From: Gemmatimonadota bacterium
GTDB lineage: Bacteria > Gemmatimonadota > Gemmatimonadetes > Palauibacterales > KS3-K002
Direction: 5' to 3'
DNA length: 59,729 bases
Assembly: GCA_041617795.1 (NCBI GenBank)
Contig: JBFJOD010000003.1
Location: 1 to 59,729, forward strand
Under the pieces are notes generated by a model. That model did not search any database, was not told the origin of the DNA, and was given only the letters and a program-made list of their open reading frames with translations. A program made the position numbers and the translations under genes. This document shows positions 1 to 9,209 of this stretch, in pieces (the stretch's first letter is position 1; every line of letters begins with the position of its first letter).

Positions 1-443
1 CGCTGGTCATCCTCGACGAGCCGACCACCGCGCTCGACGTGATCGTGGAGCGCGAGATCCTCGAGCAGATCCGCGCGCTGCAGCAGCGGCTCGGCTTTGC
101 GGTCCTCTTCATCACCCACGACCTTGCCCGCATGCTGGAGTTCTCCGACCGTGTGGCGGTCTTCTACGCCGCTCGCCTGGTCGAGGTGGGACCGGCCGGC
201 GAACTGCGCCGCGCTCCGCGGCACCCCTACACGCAAGGTCTGCTGCGTGCCTTTCCAACCATGCGTGGTGACAGCGTCGAGCTGGAGAGTATTCCCGGTT
301 CGCCGCCCAGCCTCGAGAATCCGCCGCCAGGCTGCCGCTTCCACCCACGTTGTCCACTGGCCGTGGACCTCTGCCGCCAGCGTGAGCCGGAACTGGTCGA
401 GCTCGCTCCTGGCCACGCCGCCGCTTGCCACCTAGCGGAGTAG
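1..443 (+). CDS. Opp/Dpp-family ABC transporter ATP-binding subunit (5'-truncated by window edge)
   Basis: Frame is open from position 3: LVILDEPTTALDV (Walker B/D-loop), FITHDL (H-loop), C-terminal HPYT and GCRFHPRCP..C..ACH oligopeptide-ABC tail. Confidence 0.93.
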   Translation, partial: LVILDEPTTALDVIVEREILEQIRALQQRLGFAVLFITHDLARMLEFSDRVAVFYAARLVEVGPAGELRRAPRHPYTQGLLRAFPTMRGDSVELESIPGSPPSLENPPPGCRFHPRCPLAVDLCRQREPELVELAPGHAAACHLAE

Positions 444-460
444 ACCGGCGCAGCCCTTCA

Positions 461-3400
461 CTACATGGCGAGGTGCAGGTAGCTGCGGATCTCCCACTCG
501 TTACCGTTGGATCCCGGTGCCCCCGGGTCGCAGCGTGGCGTGCCCGTCGCGTCAGGTACTTCGGCCGGGCAGTAGCGGGGCGAGTAGCGGTTTAGCGATC
601 GCCAGTTAGCGCGCACGCCGAAGCGCGTTTGCGGGAGACCGAACCAGCGCGGCGAGCCGAGCGTGTGCGACAGATCCGCCATGAGCTGTACAGGGAAGGT
701 AAGGTTGAAGTCGCGGTGATAGTCGTACGGCCCCCAATCGTTGAATTTGGCGAACGTCGCGAACGCGATCGAGCCTACGGCGATGCGGGCGTCGGCGCCG
801 TAGCGATGGATGAGTCGCTGGTCGTCGCCGTTCGGTTCGCCCGTGCCGGCGTAGAGGTGCGCTACAAGGCGCGCGTCGCTGCTCAGCCGCGACACCAGGC
901 GGCCGTTCAACTCCCAGAGATCGCGCGGCGGAGTGGCACCCGGGAAGGCGAAGGGCGTACGGCCGTCCGCCAGGATGCCGATGCTGGCGTCCTGGGTGGT
1001 CGGCAGATGCCGGAAGACGAGGCCGAGACTCGCGGCAAGCCGCGCGTCTTCACGGATGTCGTTATCCCACAGCCACATCCATGACGCTGGCGTCGGGTCG
1101 TAGCTCACCAGGAATTCCGCTGCGACCATCTCGCGATTGGCGCGCACCGCGAAGGGATCGTCGAGGATGTTGCGTGGCCGGCCGGGTGCTGGAGCGTCGC
1201 TCGGCACCGGACCGATGATCGGTTTCTGCCACAGGAAGTTCGGTCCGACTTGGAAGTTGCCCAGGTTGAGGGCGAGGCCGCTGATGGCGTTCACTTGGTT
1301 GCCGGATCCGCTGTCCTTGAGGCTCCAGCCTGTGTATGTGATGGTCGCGGTGGGACCACCGTCCGCGACGACTCCCATGTAGGCGCCTTGGGCGTACCAG
1401 TGCCAGCGTCCGCGTTCCAACGTGACCTTGGCTTTGGCGCCGAACGCATCGGACGAACGGACGCTGTCCTGAAGGACGCGGTAGCCGCCATCCTCTCTCT
1501 CTGCGACCTGGAAGCGATCGCCGACCTTGGTGGATCCAGACCAGATGCCGCCCAGCTCGAAGCCGAGGTTGCCCAAGGCGCCCGTCAACTGGAGCGTTGC
1601 CTTGCGCGTCGGTGGAAGGGGCACCGCGATCGAGCTAAACACCGCGGACTGCGCGGCGATATCTTCCTGAAAGATCGCGGTAGCCTGGAGCGAGCCGATG
1701 TTGCGGCTGTACTTGATCAGGAACGCAGGGTTGGCGCCCCACCAGAGCTGCGGGCCGACGGCTAGCTTCAGCCCCTCCAGCGACTTCTTGCCACTCAACT
1801 CCAAGCCAACCGGCGCTTCGGCATTATAGATGTCGGTGTTCGGGCCGTAGAAGGCGTCCCGGTACAGCCCAAAGAAGTCGCCCTCGTAGCCCCAGTGGGT
1901 GTGGCCGGTGCGGTAGAAACCGTCCAGCAGGAACCAGCGATCATCCCAGGACACGGTCGCGCCGTAGACCTTAACCCGCTCGATTCCTTCGAAGGGCAAG
2001 CTTTCGCCGTCAACTTCTACAGCGCGGGTGCGGCCGCGGTTCTCGTAGAAGATCTCGTCGATCGGATTGACCGGCACATGGCCGAGGATATTGAGAGAGA
2101 GGGTGCCCGTGACGTTGTCGCGGGGGCGGGCTTCGATGTCGGCATAGAACGATTCTAGATGGTCGAAGCCGCGGAAGGCGGGCAGCGTTGTCTGCGGCGT
2201 CTCGTCGCTAGGCGTGCTTATCCGGTCACCGCCCGTGCTGTAGGTCTCGAGCTGGAGCCGCAACCCGCTCAAGCGGACGCGCTCGAGGATATCGCCGGAA
2301 CGGCCGGCGAGGTCGGCCCGCGCTTCGAGAGCGACCGACGCCAGGTCGATGGCGGCGAAGTGGGCTTGGATCGCCGCGAGGTCCGTCTCTGGCGCGTAGG
2401 GGTCCAGCTGGAACGCTCGGCGCAGGGCGTAATAGGCGGCCCGCGGGTAAAGCTCGAACAGCCCGCGGTCGTCGGGCGACCCCTTGGCGACGATCCCCCA
2501 CCACTCTTCGTTCATGTTGTTCTCGCCCTCGACGAAGTCGTGGGGGTAGGCGGCGTTGGGCCAGGTGGCGTTCGTGTCGTGGATGTCGAGGCGATAATCT
2601 TGGCCGAACTTCCACCAGCCGTCGCTCCACTGGAAGACGAAACCGCCGATGGCGTTCCCGACCCGCCCCTTGCCACTCGACTGCTCGTAGATCTCCTGCC
2701 ACTGGCCGAGCAGGTAGCGCGCTTGGGCCGCCTGGTCTTCACGCATCTCCCTGGCGTTCCAAGCGTCGGCGCCGAACTCGGTGAACATGACCGGGACGCC
2801 GAGCTTGTCCCTGACCACCTGGAACAGATCGCGGGCCGAGATTCCGCGGTAGACGTTGGTGCCGAAGATGTCCAGCTCCTCGCACTCCTCGGCGATGATG
2901 TCGAGGTACTGCGCGTCGCCGTTGGCGATGGCGACCGGCCGGTTGGGGTCTCGCGCTTTCACGGCACGAATGACCTGGCCGAAGAGCGAGTAGAGGTGGC
3001 GGGCGCGGGCGGCGTCGCGCTCGCCCTCGGGCAGTGCCTCGATCTCGAAGGAGGTCCACGACAGCCCGTAGTTGTTCTCGTTCCCGAGCAACCACATGAG
3101 GAGGCCAGGTGTGCCGCGGAACTCATCCACTAGCGCGACGATTTCCGCCGTCACGGCCGCGCGCAGGCGCGGATTGGAGTAGTCGACCTGCGGGATCCAC
3201 ACGCCATCGAGCGTGAACCCGTAGCGTGCCATCGGATGGTTGAGGACGGTGTAGATGCCGTACTCCTCGTAGATGTAGCGGACCCAGCGCGGCGGGATGC
3301 CGACATACTGCCGGATGGCGTTCACCCCCATCGCTTTTAGCAGTGGCATCTCACGGGCGAGGGCCGCTTCGATGACATCGTCCGGCTGATTCCAGAGGCT

Positions 3401-3634
3401 GTAGAGGTAATTTTCGTTGATCGGTATGTAATCCCAGTTCATTCCGAAGATCATGAAGTCCCGACCGTCCACCTGAAGCCGCCAGCCTGCCGCATCCGAG
3501 ACCACGCGGATGTCGGCTTGGGTGCGCGCGGCCTCCTGTGACCAGGCCAACGCTGGCGTCAGGGCCAAGGCAGCGGCGATTGCGGCCCAGAGCCCTGGAG
3601 CGAACCGGGTGGGGTGTCTTCGAATCGAGTTCAT
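461..3634 (-). CDS. Exported glycoside hydrolase (clan GH-A TIM barrel, GH2/GH158-like) fused to a large C-terminal probable outer-membrane beta-barrel
   Basis: ATG at 3634 with GAGGAGG RBS (shorter than the ORF-track start). Signal peptide ending ALA-WSQ; LKAMGVNAIRQY, LGNENN (acid/base), FTEFGAD (nucleophile), GGFVFQWSDGWWK. C-terminal ~600 aa is rich in amphipathic strands and ends EWEIRSYLHLAM. Confidence 0.8.
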   Translation of the reverse strand: MNSIRRHPTRFAPGLWAAIAAALALTPALAWSQEAARTQADIRVVSDAAGWRLQVDGRDFMIFGMNWDYIPINENYLYSLWNQPDDVIEAALAREMPLLKAMGVNAIRQYVGIPPRWVRYIYEEYGIYTVLNHPMARYGFTLDGVWIPQVDYSNPRLRAAVTAEIVALVDEFRGTPGLLMWLLGNENNYGLSWTSFEIEALPEGERDAARARHLYSLFGQVIRAVKARDPNRPVAIANGDAQYLDIIAEECEELDIFGTNVYRGISARDLFQVVRDKLGVPVMFTEFGADAWNAREMREDQAAQARYLLGQWQEIYEQSSGKGRVGNAIGGFVFQWSDGWWKFGQDYRLDIHDTNATWPNAAYPHDFVEGENNMNEEWWGIVAKGSPDDRGLFELYPRAAYYALRRAFQLDPYAPETDLAAIQAHFAAIDLASVALEARADLAGRSGDILERVRLSGLRLQLETYSTGGDRISTPSDETPQTTLPAFRGFDHLESFYADIEARPRDNVTGTLSLNILGHVPVNPIDEIFYENRGRTRAVEVDGESLPFEGIERVKVYGATVSWDDRWFLLDGFYRTGHTHWGYEGDFFGLYRDAFYGPNTDIYNAEAPVGLELSGKKSLEGLKLAVGPQLWWGANPAFLIKYSRNIGSLQATAIFQEDIAAQSAVFSSIAVPLPPTRKATLQLTGALGNLGFELGGIWSGSTKVGDRFQVAEREDGGYRVLQDSVRSSDAFGAKAKVTLERGRWHWYAQGAYMGVVADGGPTATITYTGWSLKDSGSGNQVNAISGLALNLGNFQVGPNFLWQKPIIGPVPSDAPAPGRPRNILDDPFAVRANREMVAAEFLVSYDPTPASWMWLWDNDIREDARLAASLGLVFRHLPTTQDASIGILADGRTPFAFPGATPPRDLWELNGRLVSRLSSDARLVAHLYAGTGEPNGDDQRLIHRYGADARIAVGSIAFATFAKFNDWGPYDYHRDFNLTFPVQLMADLSHTLGSPRWFGLPQTRFGVRANWRSLNRYSPRYCPAEVPDATGTPRCDPGAPGSNGNEWEIRSYLHLAM

Positions 3635-3644
3635 GCCAGCCTCC

Positions 3645-5021
3645 TCAGGGGCACCGTTTTGCGCCGTCGTCCAAGGCGCGCGCGATCGCAACGTCGCGAT
3701 ACCAGAAGGCGCTGTCTCTCGGGCTACGCTGCTGTGTAGCAAAGTCGACTTTGTAAAGGCCGAAGCGCTTGGTATAGCCGAACGCCCACTCGAAGTTGTC
3801 GAGGAGCGACCAGACGAAGTAGCCGCCGAGCGGTACGCCGTCGGCGAGGGCGCGATTAGCCGCTACAAGGTGGCTGCGCAGGTAATCGACGCGGCGCCGG
3901 TCGGCGATGCGGCCCCCGCCGTCCGATGCGTCCGGGTAGGCGGCACCGTTCTCGGTGATGTAGATCTTCGGCGGCCGGTAATCACGCGTGAGCCTCACGA
4001 GCAGATCGTAAAGCCCCTGCGGGAACACCTCCCAGCCCATGTCGGTGAGTTCCTCCTCCGGAGCCACCGGCACGGCGACGGGCTCGCCGTTCCCGTCAGC
4101 CCGCACCACCACGCGGCTGTAGTAGTTGACGCCCAGGAAGTCGAGCGGCGCTGCGATAGCTTGCATGTCGCCATCACACACGAATGCGAGCTCGTGTCCG
4201 CTCAAGTGGCCACGGCGGACCCGGTCCTCGACCGCGTCCTCTGGGTAACGCCCGAAAAAGATAGGATCGAGGTACCAGCGGTTGAACGACCCGTCGAGCC
4301 GACGTACCGCCTCGCGGTCGGCCTCCGTCGCTGTGGCGGGCCAAACCGGCACAAGGTTTAGCGTGATGCCGACCTCGGCGTTCGGCGCGTTCCGCCGCAA
4401 CGCCTCGGCAGCCCAGCCGTGGGAAAGCAGTACGTGGTGGGCGACGCACAGCGCCTCGAGAGAGTCGCAGTGGCCCGGAGCATGCTCGCCCTGCTCGTGG
4501 CCCAGCGTGGCGATACACCAGGGCTCGTTGTGCGTTATCCAGTCGCAAACGCGGTCGCCAATCTGCCTGCTAACGACGTCGGCGTACTCCACGAAGGCCT
4601 CGGCCGTGTCGCGTGCGCCCCAGCCGCCCCGTTCCTGAAGCGCCTGCGGGAGGTCCCAGTGGTAGAGCGTGACGAAGGGTCGGATACCCGCCTCGAGTAG
4701 CGAATCGATTAGCGCGTTATAGAAGTCGAGGCCAGCCGCGTTGATCGCGCCGCGGCCGTCCGGCAACACCCGGGGCCAGGAGATGGATAGACGGTACGCG
4801 TCGAGGCCGAGCCAGCGCAGCAAGCTGATGTCCTCACGCCACCGGTGGTAGTGGTCGCAGGCGACGTGAGCGTCCGAGCCGTCGGCGATCCGCCCGGGCG
4901 TCGCGGCGAAGCGGTCCCAGATCGACTCGCCGCGCCCTCCTTCACCATAACCCCCTTCGATCTGCTGAGCTGAGGTGGCAACGCCCCAGAGAAATCCGTC
5001 AGGAAAAGCGATCCTGGCCAT
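3645..5021 (-). CDS. bglA: GH1 beta-glucosidase (cytoplasmic)
   Basis: FPDGFLWGVATSAQQIEG, CDHYHRW, TLYHWDLP, THNEP (acid/base), ITENG (nucleophile), WSLLDNFEW; no signal peptide. Confidence 0.96.
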   Translation of the reverse strand: MARIAFPDGFLWGVATSAQQIEGGYGEGGRGESIWDRFAATPGRIADGSDAHVACDHYHRWREDISLLRWLGLDAYRLSISWPRVLPDGRGAINAAGLDFYNALIDSLLEAGIRPFVTLYHWDLPQALQERGGWGARDTAEAFVEYADVVSRQIGDRVCDWITHNEPWCIATLGHEQGEHAPGHCDSLEALCVAHHVLLSHGWAAEALRRNAPNAEVGITLNLVPVWPATATEADREAVRRLDGSFNRWYLDPIFFGRYPEDAVEDRVRRGHLSGHELAFVCDGDMQAIAAPLDFLGVNYYSRVVVRADGNGEPVAVPVAPEEELTDMGWEVFPQGLYDLLVRLTRDYRPPKIYITENGAAYPDASDGGGRIADRRRVDYLRSHLVAANRALADGVPLGGYFVWSLLDNFEWAFGYTKRFGLYKVDFATQQRSPRDSAFWYRDVAIARALDDGAKRCP

Positions 5022-5027
5022 CGCTGC

Positions 5028-6023
5028 TCAGCCCTCCGGGTAGAGGTGACAGCGGACCCGCCGCCCCTCGAAAATCCGGGGTGATGGGTCGCTGCTGCGG
5101 CAGATGTCGTGCACGTCCGGGCAACGGGGTGCGAACGGGCAACCTGCCACCGTTCCGTCATCCGCCAGCGCTCCGGCGTCCGCTGCTGGTCGCCGGGCTT
5201 CCGGCTTTGCCTCGGCATCGGCGATGGAGGCGAGCAAGGCGCGGGTGTATGGGTGGGCCGGTGTTCCCACCAGAGCGCTGCTTGGCCCGTCCTCTACCAC
5301 CCGGCCGCGGTAGAGTACGAGGATGCGGTTCGCCAGATAGCGGGCCGAGGCGAGGTCGTGTGTGATGAGCAGAATCGCGAGCTGGCGCTCTCGCTTGAGC
5401 TCGGCGAGCAGGTTCAGCACGCCCATGCGGATCGAGACATCGAGCATCGAAGTCGGCTCGTCCGCGACGAGCAGGTCGGGATCGACGGCGAGGGCGCGAG
5501 CGATGGCAACGCGTTGCCGCTGACCGCCCGACAGCTCGTACGGGTAGCGGTCGATGAACTCCTCAGCCGGTTCGAGCCCGACGGTACGCAGCAGCTCAAT
5601 TGCCCGAGCGCGGGCTTCGCCGCGCTTCGCCTGGTTGTGCCGGAGGAGCGGTCGCACCAGGTGATGGGCGACGTTGTGCACGGGGTTTAGGGAGCCGAAG
5701 GGATCTTGGAACACCATTTGTACACGGCCGCGGTAGCCGAGGGAGGCCCGGCGCCGCTCGCGGGCAAAGACGTCCTCTCCATCGAGGTAGATCACGCCGC
5801 CGTCGGGCGGCTCGAGCCGCAGCAGCAAGCGCGCTACGGTACTCTTGCCGCTCCCCGACTCGCCCACTAAGGCGACCGCCTCGCCCCGGTCGATTCGGAA
5901 CGAGACGTCCTCGGCTGCCACCACCCGGCGGGCCTCGCCGAAGAGGGCCCGGGAGGTGAAGGTCTTGCGGATTCCGCGCACCTCGAGGAGGGTGTGGCGC
6001 GGAGGTGTGGTGTGGGTTTGCAC
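5028..6023 (-). CDS. Opp/Dpp-family ABC transporter ATP-binding subunit (OppF-like)
   Basis: GESGSGKS, LSGGQRQR, DEPTSMLDVSIR, HPYT, GCPFAPRCP; GTG start with GGGAGAG upstream. Confidence 0.95.
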   Translation of the reverse strand: MQTHTTPPRHTLLEVRGIRKTFTSRALFGEARRVVAAEDVSFRIDRGEAVALVGESGSGKSTVARLLLRLEPPDGGVIYLDGEDVFARERRRASLGYRGRVQMVFQDPFGSLNPVHNVAHHLVRPLLRHNQAKRGEARARAIELLRTVGLEPAEEFIDRYPYELSGGQRQRVAIARALAVDPDLLVADEPTSMLDVSIRMGVLNLLAELKRERQLAILLITHDLASARYLANRILVLYRGRVVEDGPSSALVGTPAHPYTRALLASIADAEAKPEARRPAADAGALADDGTVAGCPFAPRCPDVHDICRSSDPSPRIFEGRRVRCHLYPEG

Positions 6024-6047
6024 CGGCTCTCCCGCTTTGGCAGCTAC

Positions 6048-6068
6048 TTTGTTCGGTCACCGAACAAA
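6048..6068. promoter_or_regulatory. 21-bp palindromic operator, ROK-family-like
   Basis: TTTGTTCGGT-C-ACCGAACAAA: perfect 10-bp arms, 24 bp upstream of the oppF-like start and overlapping the predicted -10. Confidence 0.75.
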
Positions 6069-6094
6069 CTGCTGGGCGGGCGGTCTCCTGTCAA
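6066..6094 (-). promoter_or_regulatory. sigma70-type promoter of the ATPase-GH1-GH/barrel operon
   Basis: Minus strand TTGACA (6094-6089), 17-bp spacer, CAGTTT (6071-6066). Confidence 0.6.
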
Positions 6095-6143
6095 GAGGCC
6101 GTCGGAAGACTCGATTCTTGCAAGATCGGTGGGGGTTCGGCGT

Positions 6144-9100
6144 TCAAGACTCCCCGTCATATCCCGGCCGCACGATCACAAACAGCCCCTGGTTGGCGGG
6201 GACCGGCACACGCGACACGTCGATCTCGGCCGCTGACTGGAGGCCCTCAACAGCCGGTGCCTGCGCACGCATGCCTGACGCCACGCCGAGCGCGTCCGGA
6301 TCGAGGGTCAGGCTCACGATTTCGTCTTCCCCCGACCACGATGCCAGAGCGATCAGGAGCCCATCTGAACGGACGTAGGTGGTCGCGAGCACGCGAGGAT
6401 GATCCGTCGTGACCGGCGCATCGTCCAGCCAGTATCCCAACATGCGACTCTCGGCGATCCCGAACTCGTCCATCAGGCGCCACACGGGACGCGGATCTAC
6501 GTCACCGTAAATGCGCGCCGTCATGCCGTACAACATGCCGCGGTACGGATGCCCGCCGTCCTGCAGCATCTCGCCCATCAAACCGAACGGCAGGCCGGAC
6601 ACCTCGGTGAGCCAGTAGTCCTCGTCCCGGTCGTACTCGAAGTACTCGCCGAACCAGAGCCGCGAGATGAACGGGAAATGTTCCATGTACAGCATGGCGC
6701 TGTTGATGTATCCGTCACGCGGGTTGAACTGGTTGGCCGAGTGCAGATCGATGACGACCTCGTCGCGATGCTCGTGGAGGACGGAGATCATGCGCTTCAC
6801 CGTCTCGCGGCTGAAGGCGATGTCATCGAGATACAGGCCGTCGATGTGTTGGTTGGCGGCCAGCCAGGCGAGCCCCTCGATGTAGTAGTTGGTCCAGCGC
6901 GATGTACCCTTGTTGAGCATCGCCGCATCGTCCACCCGCCATGCGTGCCAGGCCGAGTGGTAGTTGGTCTTGAGGTGCTCCTGCATCCACGAGTGCCCTC
7001 CACCCTCGCCGTCGTTCAAGATCTCGTCGCCGAGGCTCCGCAGCGCAAACAGCTCGTGCGCGCGATAAGTCAGCTCGCGAATGGTGTTGTAGAGCTTGAC
7101 CTTGATGCCTTTCGCGTGCGCTTCCTCGATGTACCTGGTCTGCCGGTCCAGGTTGAAGAACGGGTAGTTGATGTAGGGATTGATCTCGTTGGCATGGTGG
7201 ATGTTGACCACCGTGCCGCCCCACGCCATGACCGAATCGACGGGCACGTAGCGATGCACGAACCGAGTGCGGAAATGCGCCCGGGTGTCGATCGGCTTGA
7301 ACGGTGTGAGCAGGAACCGGATGTTGAACTGCAGCGTGTCACCTGCGGCCATCCATCGAGCGCCCGAGTAGTTGCGGGCGGTGACATCGTCGGCGCCCGT
7401 CTCGATCCGAATGCCGCCGTGCCCGCCGTTGAACCACGACGCCGGCATCCGCAGCGGTTGATTCTGGTAGAAGTTCGTGTTGAGCGGTCGCACATACGAA
7501 TCATCCCGCAACACGTACTGAAGCCCCGCGTTGATTCCGCCGAGCCAGACGCCCTCCTGGTTATTCTCGACCTTCCAAGTCCAATCGACGTGCTGTGGGC
7601 GCTTCCCGCCGCGGAATCCCAACCCCAGCATGTACTCGGCGGCGGTGGGAACCAGGGCGATGGGGAGGGCTATGTCGTCCAGCTGGAGATCGCGCAACGC
7701 TTGCACACGGATGCGATAGTCGAGCATGCCATCGTATTCCAGGGCACCCTCCACCTGTACGCTCACCCGCTCGGATCGGCTTTCGGTGGACCAGGCGGCG
7801 CGACCGCGTGCCTCCTGCCGCACCGTATACGCAGATGGCTCCAACTGCTCCGGTCGGCCGTCCATGACGATCTCGAGGTCGATCGGGCGCGCAAGGATCG
7901 GCTGTGGCGTCTCGGCGAGGTGGGTGAGCTCGGGGCTGAAGTAGCTGATCAGGCGGTCCGGCAGGCCCGACGCTCCCAGCTCGACCGTCCGGCCCAAGAT
8001 TGAAAGTGAGTGCCCCTCGATGCGAACCGGCTGGTATGGCTCGATGATGAAGTCGGGATCGGTTCCGGCGGTCGAGTTCAACCAGGCAAGCCGAGTCATG
8101 AACTCGGGCGAGTCGAATCCGCGATTGGCGATCCGGCCTGGTTGGACGTCGAGCACGATGCGTACAGCCTTGCTGCCCCGGTCAGCGGTCGACACCGTCA
8201 CGTTGCCGGCGTATATCCCCGGGTCCTGATCCTCGGGCATCGCGAGCCCCATCCAAAGCGGCTGCACGCTACCCGCCGGCACCGAAACGTCGGTCACGAA
8301 GCGCTGTCCCTTTTCGTCGATACCGCCGCAGTTAAAGCAGGTGAATCTCTCTTGGAATGCGGCTGGGAAACCGTCGAAGGCCACGCCAACCCCGCTCAGC
8401 GGGTCAGCGCCGGCGATCACCGCGAGTTGAAACGCGAAGTACTCGCCCCGTAGCACGCGGCTGCTGAATTCGCCCAGGTGTCCGCGCTCTGTCCAGTGGT
8501 GCGGCAAGAAGTGCTGCATGCGTACGGGATAGTCGCGATGTTCTGGGACTAGCGCCCACCCATCTGGAACCTGGGAAATGAACGCGGCGGTCTCGGAGTC
8601 GCTGGCAATCACCTCCATCGGAAAGAAGCTGTGGAACGCATTTACCGATTGGATATGCGTGGTCCGCGCTCGCGGCAAACTCGACGGATACGCGGCGCGG
8701 ACACGCCGTTCCCAGGCCACTTCCGCTGTCGACGCAGGCTTCGGGTAAGTGATCCTTGGGTAGTAACCCCCGGTCGATTCCCACGGCATGTAGTAGACGT
8801 GATAGGTGGCGGATCCCGGGTTCGGCTGGAACACGATGTCGCCCGACAAGTTCTCCACGCGTAACGCGAGGACGTTCGAGATGGGATCGTTGGAGGCCGC
8901 GTCGACCACCACGACGCTCTTGGCCGCGGGATCCCGATCGCGTCGCCGCCACGGGATTGTGACCAGCACCGCCTCACCGCCAGCCCCGTCGAGTACGACC
9001 ACGGCTCGGTGATTCCCCCACGAGCTGCCCTCCGCGCCCGCCGCGAGCTGCGGCTCCCAATTACCGGCCTCGAACACCACACCATCGATGGTGTTGTTGA

Positions 9101-9209
9101 TCTCTGGTGCGCGGTATAGCTCTCCCGATCCTCCCGGCTCGTTGCATGAGATCAGCAGCAGCGCGGCTGCTGCGGCAAGGAAGCGTTGTGTCATTCGCTT
9201 GTGCGTCAT
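6144..9209 (-). CDS. Large lipoprotein, DUF6067/GH123-like putative glycoside hydrolase
   Basis: Lipobox LLISC; SWGNHRAVV, FFPMEVIA, NIHHANEINPYINYPF, KVKLYNTIREL, IDGLYLDD, LWFGEYF resemble the DUF6067 family; ATGA overlap with the upstream gene. Confidence 0.72.
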   Translation of the reverse strand: MTHKRMTQRFLAAAAALLLISCNEPGGSGELYRAPEINNTIDGVVFEAGNWEPQLAAGAEGSSWGNHRAVVVLDGAGGEAVLVTIPWRRRDRDPAAKSVVVVDAASNDPISNVLALRVENLSGDIVFQPNPGSATYHVYYMPWESTGGYYPRITYPKPASTAEVAWERRVRAAYPSSLPRARTTHIQSVNAFHSFFPMEVIASDSETAAFISQVPDGWALVPEHRDYPVRMQHFLPHHWTERGHLGEFSSRVLRGEYFAFQLAVIAGADPLSGVGVAFDGFPAAFQERFTCFNCGGIDEKGQRFVTDVSVPAGSVQPLWMGLAMPEDQDPGIYAGNVTVSTADRGSKAVRIVLDVQPGRIANRGFDSPEFMTRLAWLNSTAGTDPDFIIEPYQPVRIEGHSLSILGRTVELGASGLPDRLISYFSPELTHLAETPQPILARPIDLEIVMDGRPEQLEPSAYTVRQEARGRAAWSTESRSERVSVQVEGALEYDGMLDYRIRVQALRDLQLDDIALPIALVPTAAEYMLGLGFRGGKRPQHVDWTWKVENNQEGVWLGGINAGLQYVLRDDSYVRPLNTNFYQNQPLRMPASWFNGGHGGIRIETGADDVTARNYSGARWMAAGDTLQFNIRFLLTPFKPIDTRAHFRTRFVHRYVPVDSVMAWGGTVVNIHHANEINPYINYPFFNLDRQTRYIEEAHAKGIKVKLYNTIRELTYRAHELFALRSLGDEILNDGEGGGHSWMQEHLKTNYHSAWHAWRVDDAAMLNKGTSRWTNYYIEGLAWLAANQHIDGLYLDDIAFSRETVKRMISVLHEHRDEVVIDLHSANQFNPRDGYINSAMLYMEHFPFISRLWFGEYFEYDRDEDYWLTEVSGLPFGLMGEMLQDGGHPYRGMLYGMTARIYGDVDPRPVWRLMDEFGIAESRMLGYWLDDAPVTTDHPRVLATTYVRSDGLLIALASWSGEDEIVSLTLDPDALGVASGMRAQAPAVEGLQSAAEIDVSRVPVPANQGLFVIVRPGYDGES

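Noticed and set aside
3635-3742. ORF-track N-terminal extensions (also 15828, 26852, 32475, 39076, 49139 starts)
   Set aside because: Downstream starts have an RBS or coupling and begin at the signal peptide or family N-terminus.
6399-8003. 534-aa + strand ORF and similar long antisense ORFs (2159-3133, 11216-12262, 19553-20419, 43462-44331)
   Set aside because: Shadow frames opposite well-supported genes, expected from high-GC codon bias; no motifs.
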